Shown one piece after another: positions 57,264-64,000 of a stretch of DNA of 64,000 bases. Where the stretch lies: positions 316,344-380,343 of IMG/VR virus record IMGVR_UViG_3300030102_006934. One strand, given 5' to 3'. Numbering within the stretch: the first letter of the stretch is position 1; the number at the start of each line of letters is the position of its first letter. Under the pieces are notes generated by a model. The model ran no database searches. It saw only the letters and a list, made by a program, of their open reading frames with translations, and was not told where the DNA came from. A program made the position numbers and the translations under genes.

Positions 57264-57566
57264 ATGAAAAAATATATTGTAATAGAAAGAAGTAGAACAA
57301 GAAAATCCTTTGATTTTATCAATGGTGACACTAAAAACTTGGTTGATATATGGCATACGAGTTGCCCTTATGAACTATCTGACACTAAAAAAGGTGAGTT
57401 GAATCCTTTGTTGTTTGAAAGTAAACAAGATGCTGCCAAGTATAAAAATATACTACAGTCTGTGGCGAATGAAGATTGGGCGGAGAATAAACACTACCAC
57501 AAAATGTACGGTGACTCCAAACCAAAATGGAAAGTAGAAGAGTATAATGGTAATTTATTTATATAA
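57264..57566 (+). CDS. Hypothetical protein
   Basis: 100-aa ORF. Confidence 0.7.
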   Translation: MKKYIVIERSRTRKSFDFINGDTKNLVDIWHTSCPYELSDTKKGELNPLLFESKQDAAKYKNILQSVANEDWAENKHYHKMYGDSKPKWKVEEYNGNLFI

Positions 57567-57578
57567 ACTAGGATAAAA

Positions 57579-57959
57579 ATGGTTCAGAAAAAAATAAACG
57601 GAGACTTAATAGAAAAAATAGAAGTATTTGAAGACCCAACTCAGGAGAAAGATTTTAAATTGGTTAGACAATCAATGTTTAAGAGAATTAAAAACTTTCT
57701 TACAGGTACCGAACCGAAAAAAAGGATGAGGATTGGTGATAGGAGTATCTTCACTTGTTATATATACGATTTAGATAAGTTTTTTATCAAAAATAAAGAT
57801 GTTTATTTTCTAAGAAATGGTTTGGTGTATAGAAACCCTAATGTAGAAATAAAAATGGTTTCTGATGATGATGTTTATATTAAACATTTTAAGTCAAAAA
57901 AAGATTTACATAACTGGTTAGATGAAAACGTGAAAGTTTTAAGATTAATAACAATTTAA
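57579..57959 (+). CDS. Hypothetical protein
   Basis: 126-aa ORF. Confidence 0.7.
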   Translation: MVQKKINGDLIEKIEVFEDPTQEKDFKLVRQSMFKRIKNFLTGTEPKKRMRIGDRSIFTCYIYDLDKFFIKNKDVYFLRNGLVYRNPNVEIKMVSDDDVYIKHFKSKKDLHNWLDENVKVLRLITI

Positions 57960-57972
57960 AATAGAGAAGCAA

Positions 57973-58356
57973 ATGGAGTTTAGAACTAGAAAATTAGTAA
58001 GACCTGTAGATCTTAATTCTGGTGGAAGTCTGTTTGGTGGTCAGTTACTAAAATGGATTGATGAGGAAGCGGCTATTTTTGCCATGTGTCAATTAGATAG
58101 TCAACGAGTGACTACCAAGTTCATATCGGAAATAGACTTTGTTTCTCCCGCTATGAATGGTGATGTAATTGAAATAGGTTTGGGTGTAGTTAAGTTTGGG
58201 AATACTTCGATAACTATTAAATGTGAAGTTAGAGTTAAAAAAACAGAGAAGACAATTTTAACCATTGAGAGGATGGTATTCGTAAATCTATCTGAAAGTT
58301 TTAAACCAGTAAAACACCATAAAACCGATATTAAAAAACAAAACAAAAATGATTAA
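57973..58356 (+). CDS. Acyl-CoA thioesterase (hotdog fold)
   Basis: DLNSGGSLFGGQLLKWIDEEA, IDFVSP, FGNTSI. Confidence 0.9.
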   Translation: MEFRTRKLVRPVDLNSGGSLFGGQLLKWIDEEAAIFAMCQLDSQRVTTKFISEIDFVSPAMNGDVIEIGLGVVKFGNTSITIKCEVRVKKTEKTILTIERMVFVNLSESFKPVKHHKTDIKKQNKND

Positions 58357-58585
58357 AGAAAAAAAACATACAATAGATTTAGAATATTTTAAAAAATATG
58401 TTGAAACTTATGATTATACCGATTTTGAATATAATGAAACATTTATAAAAGATATGATTTATGGTATTGGTTTAGCTGTTAACGGTGATAATTTCAAAAT
58501 GGCTGATGGTTATAAAAGATTTGAAGAGTTCTTATTAAATGAAATTATAAAACAAAAAGAAGATGAGACACGAAGATTACGTTAG
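58349..58585 (+). CDS. Hypothetical protein
   Basis: 78-aa ORF. Confidence 0.7.
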   Translation: MIKEKKHTIDLEYFKKYVETYDYTDFEYNETFIKDMIYGIGLAVNGDNFKMADGYKRFEEFLLNEIIKQKEDETRRLR

Positions 58586-58679
58586 AGATATGGACTGGGC
58601 TTTATCAAAAGGAATTACTATTGGTATTTTTATAGGAATTGTCATAAGTATTTTATTATATTCAATAACTAAATTATAA
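58563..58679 (+). CDS. 38-aa single-TM peptide; absent from the ORF track
   Basis: Follows the start-associated motif; GITIGIFIGIVISILLY. Confidence 0.6.
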   Translation: MRHEDYVRDMDWALSKGITIGIFIGIVISILLYSITKL

Positions 58680-58691
58680 ACCAAAACAAAG

Positions 58692-58943
58692 ATGAGAAGT
58701 AAAATTGGGGTGGTTTGGACCCTTTTAATAATTTTTTTCCCAAAATGGTCATACCCACAAGGATGTTCTCAGTGTAAACTTCTGGTTGAGCAGGGTAGTG
58801 AACTTGGTGAAAGTTCATTTGGGAGTAACATCAATCTAGGTATATTATTTTTAATGGTAATACCATATTTGATTATAATTATTATTTTTAGAGAACAAAT
58901 AAAAAATTTTTTACGTTTAAAATTTGGCCGTTCAAAATATTAA
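58692..58943 (+). CDS. Bacteroidota-type small membrane protein with CxxC
   Basis: QGCSQCK...NINLGILFLMVIPY. Confidence 0.7.
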   Translation: MRSKIGVVWTLLIIFFPKWSYPQGCSQCKLLVEQGSELGESSFGSNINLGILFLMVIPYLIIIIIFREQIKNFLRLKFGRSKY

Positions 58944-58952
58944 AACTATATT
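58924..58952 (+). promoter_or_regulatory. Promoter cassette variant
   Basis: TTGGCC-N17-TATATT-AGTAGTAATTAAAAAAAAGATG. Confidence 0.65.
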
Positions 58953-58971
58953 AGTAGTAATTAAAAAAAAG

Positions 58972-59178
58972 ATGGTTGATTATATTTTAATAGGATTAGT
59001 TCTAACATTTATTTTAGAGATAACGACAATTTATTATGCTGACAAGATTATGGTTATGAGGGATGATGAACCTTTCATTCGGTTCTCTATGTTGGAGAGG
59101 TTATTTGTAGTAGTAATATGGCCAGCTGTGGTGGGAATTTTTTTATATGTATTATTTAAAAAGGAAAATCATGAGTAG
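58972..59178 (+). CDS. Small two-TM protein
   Basis: ATG 58972 follows the promoter cassette. Confidence 0.65.
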   Translation: MVDYILIGLVLTFILEITTIYYADKIMVMRDDEPFIRFSMLERLFVVVIWPAVVGIFLYVLFKKENHE

Positions 59179-59248
59179 AGAATTATTTGTATTGATTTAT
59201 TTTTCCATAGCTATATTAGCGTTTATAATTGTAAAACAGAAAAAATGA
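59171..59248 (+). CDS. 25-aa single-TM peptide
   Basis: MSRELFVLIYFSIAILAFIIVKQKK; overlaps both neighbours. Confidence 0.5.
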   Translation: MSRELFVLIYFSIAILAFIIVKQKK

Positions 59249-59481
59249 AAGCAAAAGATAAGGCAAATGAGTTAGGTAACAAATTTTACCAAGGAAGTGT
59301 CTTCGATTATGATAAAGAAGAACACGTAGAAGAAAAGAAAAAGGCAAAAAAACGTGCTCATGTTTGTATAGATGTATTTATAGACTTTCTTCACAGACAA
59401 ACAGATAAACAAACAAAACTAAAAGGCGTTACACCAGTAGAGTATTGGGAAAAAGTCAAAGAAGAAGTGTATAATTTATAA
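59245..59481 (+). CDS. Conserved phage hypothetical protein
   Basis: MKAKDKANEL...YWEKVKEE. Confidence 0.7.
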   Translation: MKAKDKANELGNKFYQGSVFDYDKEEHVEEKKKAKKRAHVCIDVFIDFLHRQTDKQTKLKGVTPVEYWEKVKEEVYNL

Positions 59482-59499
59482 ACCAAAACAAAGAAGATA

Positions 59500-59598
59500 A
59501 TGAAAGATAAACACAAAGCATTTGTATATGGATTTATACTTGCTAGTATAATGTATTTTATAGCAGGTTGTATGATAATAGGTGTATATTTTAAATAA
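59500..59598 (+). CDS. 32-aa single-TM peptide
   Basis: Follows the repeat motif; AFVYGFILASIMYFIAGCMIIGVYF. Confidence 0.6.
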   Translation: MKDKHKAFVYGFILASIMYFIAGCMIIGVYFK

Positions 59599-59616
59599 CT
59601 AAAAACATAAACAAAG

Positions 59617-59811
59617 ATGAGTAGTGCGGTGTGGATAGTTGAATATGAAAACCATATCTACAATTTACAAGATAGAGATGGTAGTTTCAAGAAAGGAGAT
59701 TTGTTTTTTGAAAGAGCGGGTAGACTGGGTCCTATTGAGTGGGATGGTAAGGAAAAGCTTAATTACCATTGTAAAAAAATAGTGAGTATTAAACAAAAAA
59801 AAGATGAGTGA
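59617..59811 (+). CDS. Hypothetical protein
   Basis: Starts at a repeat variant. Confidence 0.65.
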   Translation: MSSAVWIVEYENHIYNLQDRDGSFKKGDLFFERAGRLGPIEWDGKEKLNYHCKKIVSIKQKKDE

Positions 59812-60004
59812 ATTAAAAGGAGAGTGGTTGGTAAAATTAAGTGTTGATTTGGGTTCGGACAAAGATAATTTACTAGAAGTGTTGTCTGATGTGGTGGATA
59901 TAGTCGCTGATGGGGATGAAGATACTAAATACAAAATAATGTTTCTTGAAAAATTTGAGGACCGAAGTTCAGTAGATAATAATAAAAATAAAGAAAATGA
60001 GTAA
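59804..60004 (+). CDS. Hypothetical protein
   Basis: Starts at a repeat variant. Confidence 0.65.
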   Translation: MSELKGEWLVKLSVDLGSDKDNLLEVLSDVVDIVADGDEDTKYKIMFLEKFEDRSSVDNNKNKENE

Positions 60005-60077
60005 AGACTTTGATAAGTGGGAAGAAAGAGCAAAGAAAAACACAGAAATCATTGAGCAACAACAAACCAAAACAAAG

Positions 60078-60176
60078 ATGGGTAAAGAAGAAAATACGGG
60101 TTGTTTTGAAACATGGTTAGGAATCGTAGTCTTTTCCATAATAATGATATTAATAATGATGATAAACGAATATTAG
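60078..60176 (+). CDS. 32-aa single-TM peptide, copy 1
   Basis: MGKEENTGCFETWLGIVVFSIIMILIMMINEY; near-duplicate of 62922-63014. Confidence 0.7.
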   Translation: MGKEENTGCFETWLGIVVFSIIMILIMMINEY

Positions 60177-60218
60177 TGAATACAAGGTATTTTTTATACT
60201 TAGATAATATTTATTAAT

Positions 60219-60974
60219 ATGAGAAAGATGGGTAGAATAACCGAAAAAGATATCAGTAGACTTATTAGTATTATAAGAGAAAATAATGAATTAAAGTCTG
60301 ATAATCAAGATTGGGGTTGGTTTGATCGATTTGGTTTTGGTAAAGGGGATTATACAGAAGAAAAAACTCAAAAAGAACTAGAGTCTCTTAGATGGAAAAA
60401 TGTTAAAAGTGGTGATGTATTAATAATACACCCAGATGATAGAACAACCGATTTTCTTAAACCGACTTATTCTGACTTGGATGCTACTATTCTAACACAA
60501 TCTAATGAATTCTTTAATCTAGCGGAAACCATGAAAAGACATAATAGAATTATTATGATGGGCCATGGTTCACCAAGTGGTTTATTTATGCCAAAAGTAG
60601 AGGGTATAGAAGAAGATGAAAATGGTGAGTTATTCGAGTACACTGATTACGCAATCAACAACTCATACGCTGATATTTTAAGAGAAAAACGTACTGTATG
60701 TGTTTGGTGTAATGCTGATAGATATGTTGTACCTAATGATTTACATGGTTTTTACACAGGGATGGCTATTTCAGAACTTTGTGAAGCCGATTATTGTGAT
60801 GTTAAAGGGTGTAACCCAAAACAACTAGAAGAATCAAATACTAAGTTTACAATGGGTTTAAAAGAATCGTTAAAAGTAGATGGACCAGGTTCTGTAAATA
60901 TCTTCAAAGAAATTTATAATAACCCAGAAAACCCTATCATGGTCTATAATAGAAAAAGACTTTATTATAGATAA
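60219..60974 (+). CDS. Leader-bearing protein, possible His-Cys dyad peptidase fold
   Basis: ATATTTAT at 60207; IIRE; IIMMGHGS and CVWCNA. Confidence 0.7.
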   Translation: MRKMGRITEKDISRLISIIRENNELKSDNQDWGWFDRFGFGKGDYTEEKTQKELESLRWKNVKSGDVLIIHPDDRTTDFLKPTYSDLDATILTQSNEFFNLAETMKRHNRIIMMGHGSPSGLFMPKVEGIEEDENGELFEYTDYAINNSYADILREKRTVCVWCNADRYVVPNDLHGFYTGMAISELCEADYCDVKGCNPKQLEESNTKFTMGLKESLKVDGPGSVNIFKEIYNNPENPIMVYNRKRLYYR

Positions 60975-60986
60975 TAAAAAGAAATT

Positions 60987-61295
60987 ATGGGAAGAATAGA
61001 AAGACAAAAAGTACAGTTAATAAAAGAAGCTAATAAAAGGATATTAAAAGAGGGTGAGGGATTAGATTTTCACTTGGAGGAACTTTCCGAGTTTGTGATT
61101 CATTTGAAAAATAAGGCGTATGACAAACATGACGAAATTAGTCATGATGAACTCACTGAATACGATATACAGAAAATAAAAGAGATACTACAAAACGCCA
61201 AAGAAGATAAAACATTGAGTGCTGATGAGATGATCATTGTTAGTAAATATGGAGAAGGTATAATTGATAGAATCAATCAAAAATCAGATAAATAA
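60987..61295 (+). CDS. Leader family hypothetical protein
   Basis: LIKEANKRILKE-G. Confidence 0.7.
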   Translation: MGRIERQKVQLIKEANKRILKEGEGLDFHLEELSEFVIHLKNKAYDKHDEISHDELTEYDIQKIKEILQNAKEDKTLSADEMIIVSKYGEGIIDRINQKSDK

Positions 61296-61309
61296 TAAAA
61301 ATATGAAAT

Positions 61310-61396
61310 AACCCCTTATAGAAATATAAGGGTTTTTTATGCCTAAAATTTGACTCTTTGAAATATTGTTAATACATTAGTGGTAATTAAAAAAAG
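61310..61396 (+). promoter_or_regulatory. Terminator plus TTGACT-N17-TACATT promoter cassette, copy 2
   Basis: CCCTTATA-gaaa-TATAAGGG hairpin; promoter 61350-61378; homologous to 57178-57260. Confidence 0.75.
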
Positions 61397-61588
61397 ATGA
61401 GTAGTAAAAGAGAAAGACAACTAGAAGAAAGACTCAGACATTTAGAGATAGAAATAAAAGCGGAACGTCAATGGAACAATATACCAGACCCACTAAAACC
61501 TACATCTAAAGGAAGATGGGACCAAATGACAGAAGAATTAAAAACTCAGGAGAGTAGACGATTAAGTTGGCCAAACAATCATTATTAA
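61397..61588 (+). CDS. Hypothetical protein
   Basis: First gene after the promoter cassette. Confidence 0.65.
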   Translation: MSSKRERQLEERLRHLEIEIKAERQWNNIPDPLKPTSKGRWDQMTEELKTQESRRLSWPNNHY

Positions 61589-61600
61589 AACAAAACAAAG

Positions 61601-61693
61601 ATGAGTGATAAAGAATATAAATTATGGTTATTTGTTATTATAGGAACCGTATTATGGGGAATTATTTTAATGATATTAAACTTTATAAATTAA
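61601..61693 (+). CDS. 30-aa single-TM peptide
   Basis: MSDKEYKLWLFVIIGTVLWGIILMILNFIN after the repeat motif. Confidence 0.6.
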   Translation: MSDKEYKLWLFVIIGTVLWGIILMILNFIN

Positions 61694-61696
61694 ACT

Positions 61697-61879
61697 ATGA
61701 TAGAATATACTAAAATTGATGCTTTAAAATATTTGGCTAATACTAAACTAGATAATATAAACGAATGGACAGAAGCTGCTATGGGTAATTTTCTCTCTAA
61801 GGTTATATTAGAAGATGACAACAAAATATATACCAAAGAAGAACTGGATAGATTTATAAAAACAGCATCTAATGCTTAA
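61697..61879 (+). CDS. Hypothetical protein
   Basis: 60-aa ORF. Confidence 0.65.
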   Translation: MIEYTKIDALKYLANTKLDNINEWTEAAMGNFLSKVILEDDNKIYTKEELDRFIKTASNA

Positions 61880-61891
61880 ACCAAAACGAAG

Positions 61892-62140
61892 ATGAGCAGT
61901 AAAAGAATAGAAATAAATGAAAAAATGTTAGTTGATTTCTCATTAGAAATTGACATCAAAGAATTAACGATTTGGGGAAATACAAATCAAATAGAAAAGG
62001 TTATTGAAAATTCAGTTAGCCAATTTAAGGAAGAGATTAAAAGTGACTTAATCCATAAATTAGAACAAGAGACAGAGTTTGAAACATTAGGGTTAGACAG
62101 AATAGCTTTTGAAATAAACCAAAACAAAGATGAGTTATGA
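61892..62140 (+). CDS. Hypothetical protein
   Basis: Starts at the repeat; C-terminus INQNKDEL is the translated repeat. Confidence 0.65.
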   Translation: MSSKRIEINEKMLVDFSLEIDIKELTIWGNTNQIEKVIENSVSQFKEEIKSDLIHKLEQETEFETLGLDRIAFEINQNKDEL

Positions 62141-62349
62141 AACAAGAAAATAGAATAATTAGAATGATAATGGATTCCGATACTGTTTATGTTGATGGTA
62201 TGACAATAAAGGATAGAGAAAATTTAGAAACACATCCTAATGTTAATGAAGTGATGAAGAATATCGATAACTACTTTATTACATCTTTTAATAGAGACAG
62301 TAAGAAAGGTAAACGATATTTGGAACTACGTAGTGAATATGTTTTATAA
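62137..62349 (+). CDS. Hypothetical protein
   Basis: 70-aa ORF. Confidence 0.65.
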   Translation: MKQENRIIRMIMDSDTVYVDGMTIKDRENLETHPNVNEVMKNIDNYFITSFNRDSKKGKRYLELRSEYVL

Positions 62350-62369
62350 ACACAATCTAAACCAAAACA

Positions 62370-62690
62370 ATGATGAATAGATTACAAGATAAACATGAAA
62401 TATCATCTTATGAAGAAAAGGCAAAAGTTCTTAGAGAGAATGGGTGGGAAACTTGGTATAACGATGATAACTGGATAAAAACAGAGTGGATTGACCAAGG
62501 TAAAAAGGTTGATATGATGGGGAGAACAACTGACTCCGCTTATACACTAGAAAAAGATTTACAAATCATTGATGACTTGGTTCAGGTTAAATCTTTAAAT
62601 GAAGAAGATTTTAGATATAAAAATTGGACCACTGTTACAAGGTACCTAGCAACTGGATTACAAGGTGTTGAAATAAGAGAAATAAATTAA
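62370..62690 (+). CDS. Hypothetical protein
   Basis: Starts at a repeat variant. Confidence 0.7.
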   Translation: MMNRLQDKHEISSYEEKAKVLRENGWETWYNDDNWIKTEWIDQGKKVDMMGRTTDSAYTLEKDLQIIDDLVQVKSLNEEDFRYKNWTTVTRYLATGLQGVEIREIN

Positions 62691-62710
62691 ACCAAAACAA
62701 GACAAAGAAG

Positions 62711-62929
62711 ATGAGTAAAGAAGAATATAATAAAAAATGGGTTGAGTTAAATCAGGAAATACAGAAACTTAATAGAGATAGGTTTAATTTATACATACAG
62801 TATCAAAAAGAATTTGGGCCATTAAACCTAACTATTGACAGAAACGTATCTCTTTATTATGATTTTAACGGTAATGATATTGACTTAAACAAAGAAAGAA
62901 AATTAGTAAACCAAAACAAAGATGAGTGA
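62711..62929 (+). CDS. Hypothetical protein
   Basis: Starts at a repeat variant; ends VNQNKDE. Confidence 0.65.
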   Translation: MSKEEYNKKWVELNQEIQKLNRDRFNLYIQYQKEFGPLNLTIDRNVSLYYDFNGNDIDLNKERKLVNQNKDE

Positions 62930-63014
62930 AGAAGAAAATACAGGTTGTTTTGAAACATGGTTAGGAATCGTAATCTTTTCCATAGTAATGATATTATTAA
63001 TGATGATAAAATAA
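62922..63014 (+). CDS. 30-aa single-TM peptide, copy 2
   Basis: MSEEENTGCFETWLGIVIFSIVMILLMMIK. Confidence 0.7.
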   Translation: MSEEENTGCFETWLGIVIFSIVMILLMMIK

Positions 63015-63026
63015 AAATGGTAAATT

Positions 63027-63341
63027 ATGGATAAAAAAAACGTAATAGAACAATACAAAGAAATAGCAAAAACATATTCATCTTTTGAAGATTGTTATAA
63101 ACTTATGACTGAAACTAATAATATTGAAGTCTGTAAATTTTGTTTAGATTATGATGGTGTTTGGAAAAGACTTGAATTACAATGGATGTTAGAGTTTTTT
63201 CAAAACAACGAAGAATATGAAAAATGTGAAGTTTTGAAAAAATTGATAGGTGAACATTTTATTGCCGATGAAATTAAACAAAATGAGTTGAATAGCAAAT
63301 TAGATGAATATGTTTCTAATATAAACAAAGATGATGAGTGA
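63027..63341 (+). CDS. Hypothetical protein with UVR-like motif
   Basis: FFQNNEEYEKCEVLKKLI. Confidence 0.7.
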   Translation: MDKKNVIEQYKEIAKTYSSFEDCYKLMTETNNIEVCKFCLDYDGVWKRLELQWMLEFFQNNEEYEKCEVLKKLIGEHFIADEIKQNELNSKLDEYVSNINKDDE

Positions 63342-63567
63342 AAACATAGAAATAACACAAGGTGAATGGGACCACTTACATGATGTGATATTAGACGCAA
63401 CATGGGAATCTGGTAAACTAAAACTATCCCAAAAAGAGTTAGAGAGTTTATTTGATGAACTTCCATCTCACATAAAAGATGATGCGTATCACTGGGGTAT
63501 TAATGATACGGTTGTTAGAGACAACATCTATGTGTGGTATCAAAAAAATAAATTAAAAAAAAAATAA
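63331..63567 (+). CDS. Hypothetical protein
   Basis: Starts at a repeat variant. Confidence 0.7.
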   Translation: MMSENIEITQGEWDHLHDVILDATWESGKLKLSQKELESLFDELPSHIKDDAYHWGINDTVVRDNIYVWYQKNKLKKK

Positions 63568-63579
63568 ATTAAAACAAAG

Positions 63580-63876
63580 ATGAGTAAACAATATAATGTA
63601 AAGTATGAAGTAGGACAGGATGTCTATGTATTAAGAGATAAAAAAATAAGTAAAAATAGGATAGACAAGATTAGAGTTACCGAACAACAACCTTATACTA
63701 AGGGTAATTCAGATGGAACTCTTACTGAAATGTTGGGTATTGAAATAGATTATCTTATAGAAACAAAAAGAGATTTCATACATCCACATACAAAAAGTAC
63801 CCAAAGTTCATACGATTGGTATAGTCAAGAAGATGTCTTTACTAATAAGGATGAATTGATTGCACAAATTGTATAA
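63580..63876 (+). CDS. Hypothetical protein
   Basis: Starts at a repeat variant; KYEVGQDVY. Confidence 0.7.
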   Translation: MSKQYNVKYEVGQDVYVLRDKKISKNRIDKIRVTEQQPYTKGNSDGTLTEMLGIEIDYLIETKRDFIHPHTKSTQSSYDWYSQEDVFTNKDELIAQIV

Positions 63877-63888
63877 ACCAAAACAAAG

Positions 63889-64000
63889 ATGAGTAAAAAG
63901 AAATTTATAGAAAGAAGACCAAATTATTTTTCAGGGTTTGAAGATAGTGAGTATGAGGTAGACAACTTCAATCAAGTTTTAGAAATACCCTTCGTAAAAA
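63889..64000 (+). CDS. Hypothetical protein, 3'-truncated by the window edge
   Basis: ATG after an exact repeat; MSKKKFIERRPNYFSGFE... open to the end. Confidence 0.65.
   Translation, partial: MSKKKFIERRPNYFSGFEDSEYEVDNFNQVLEIPFVK

Larger units (their letters stand above)
58677..63891 (+). repeat. Dispersed start-associated repeat TAAACCAAAACAAAGATG(AG), about 15 copies and variants
   Basis: Exact TAAACCAAAACAAAGA at 58677, 59479, 62115, 62907, 63874; variants before most other starts. Confidence 0.85.

Noticed and set aside
60078-63014. Diversity-generating retroelement TR/VR pair
   Set aside because: All 7 mismatches involve an A, but the As are split between both copies (not directional); no reverse transcriptase in the window
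461-63466. Numerous antisense or alternate-frame ORFs (e.g. 1159, 4315, 7785, 9520, 21622, 24658, 44996, 47715, 49808, 59665, 63200)
   Set aside because: Nested within longer, motif-bearing genes and show the Ser/Leu/Phe-rich composition typical of shadow frames
58677-63891. CRISPR array
   Set aside because: Repeats are about 18 nt, degenerate, irregularly spaced and separated by whole genes; no cas genes in the window
1-64000. Stop-codon reassignment as in some huge phages
   Set aside because: Code 11 gives dense, intact ORFs; TAG and TGA both end genes at sensible positions; no suppressor tRNA seen

Overview
Very AT-rich, gene-dense segment of a huge (jumbo-class) tailed phage that probably infects Bacteroidota. 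Host evidence: TAnnTTTG -7 promoters, no Shine-Dalgarno sequences, a type IX secretion CTD, a Bacteroidota-style lipoprotein and phage-encoded bS21. No core replication or bona fide capsid operon is present, so the phage call is an inference from gene content. The window holds a translation toolkit (7 canonical tRNAs, tmRNA, CCA-adding enzyme, bS21, HD hydrolase), auxiliary enzymes (Tdk, RmlC, eukaryote-type PMM, GH16, LOG, PAP2, acyl-CoA thioesterase, PrsW, M43 protease), HNH nucleases and many hypothetical genes. Four unexplained systems stand out. (1) About 25 genes, many preceded by ATATTTAT, encode proteins with a basic leader ending in [ILV]-x-E and about 30 repeats of [ILVM]xE-(S)xDFDW. 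The repeat splits proteins of up to 1578 aa into 90-150 aa modules that recur in different genes; this suggests a head-packaged, prohead-protease-processed, module-shuffling polyprotein system. (2) A tRNA-Leu-like RNA whose anticodon loop is replaced by a 179-nt structured insert. (3) Two atypical tRNA-Gly (A33, bulged T-stem). (4) An array of small genes joined by a repeated TAAACCAAAACAAAGATG start-associated element. Family assignments come from motif recognition by eye, not database searches.
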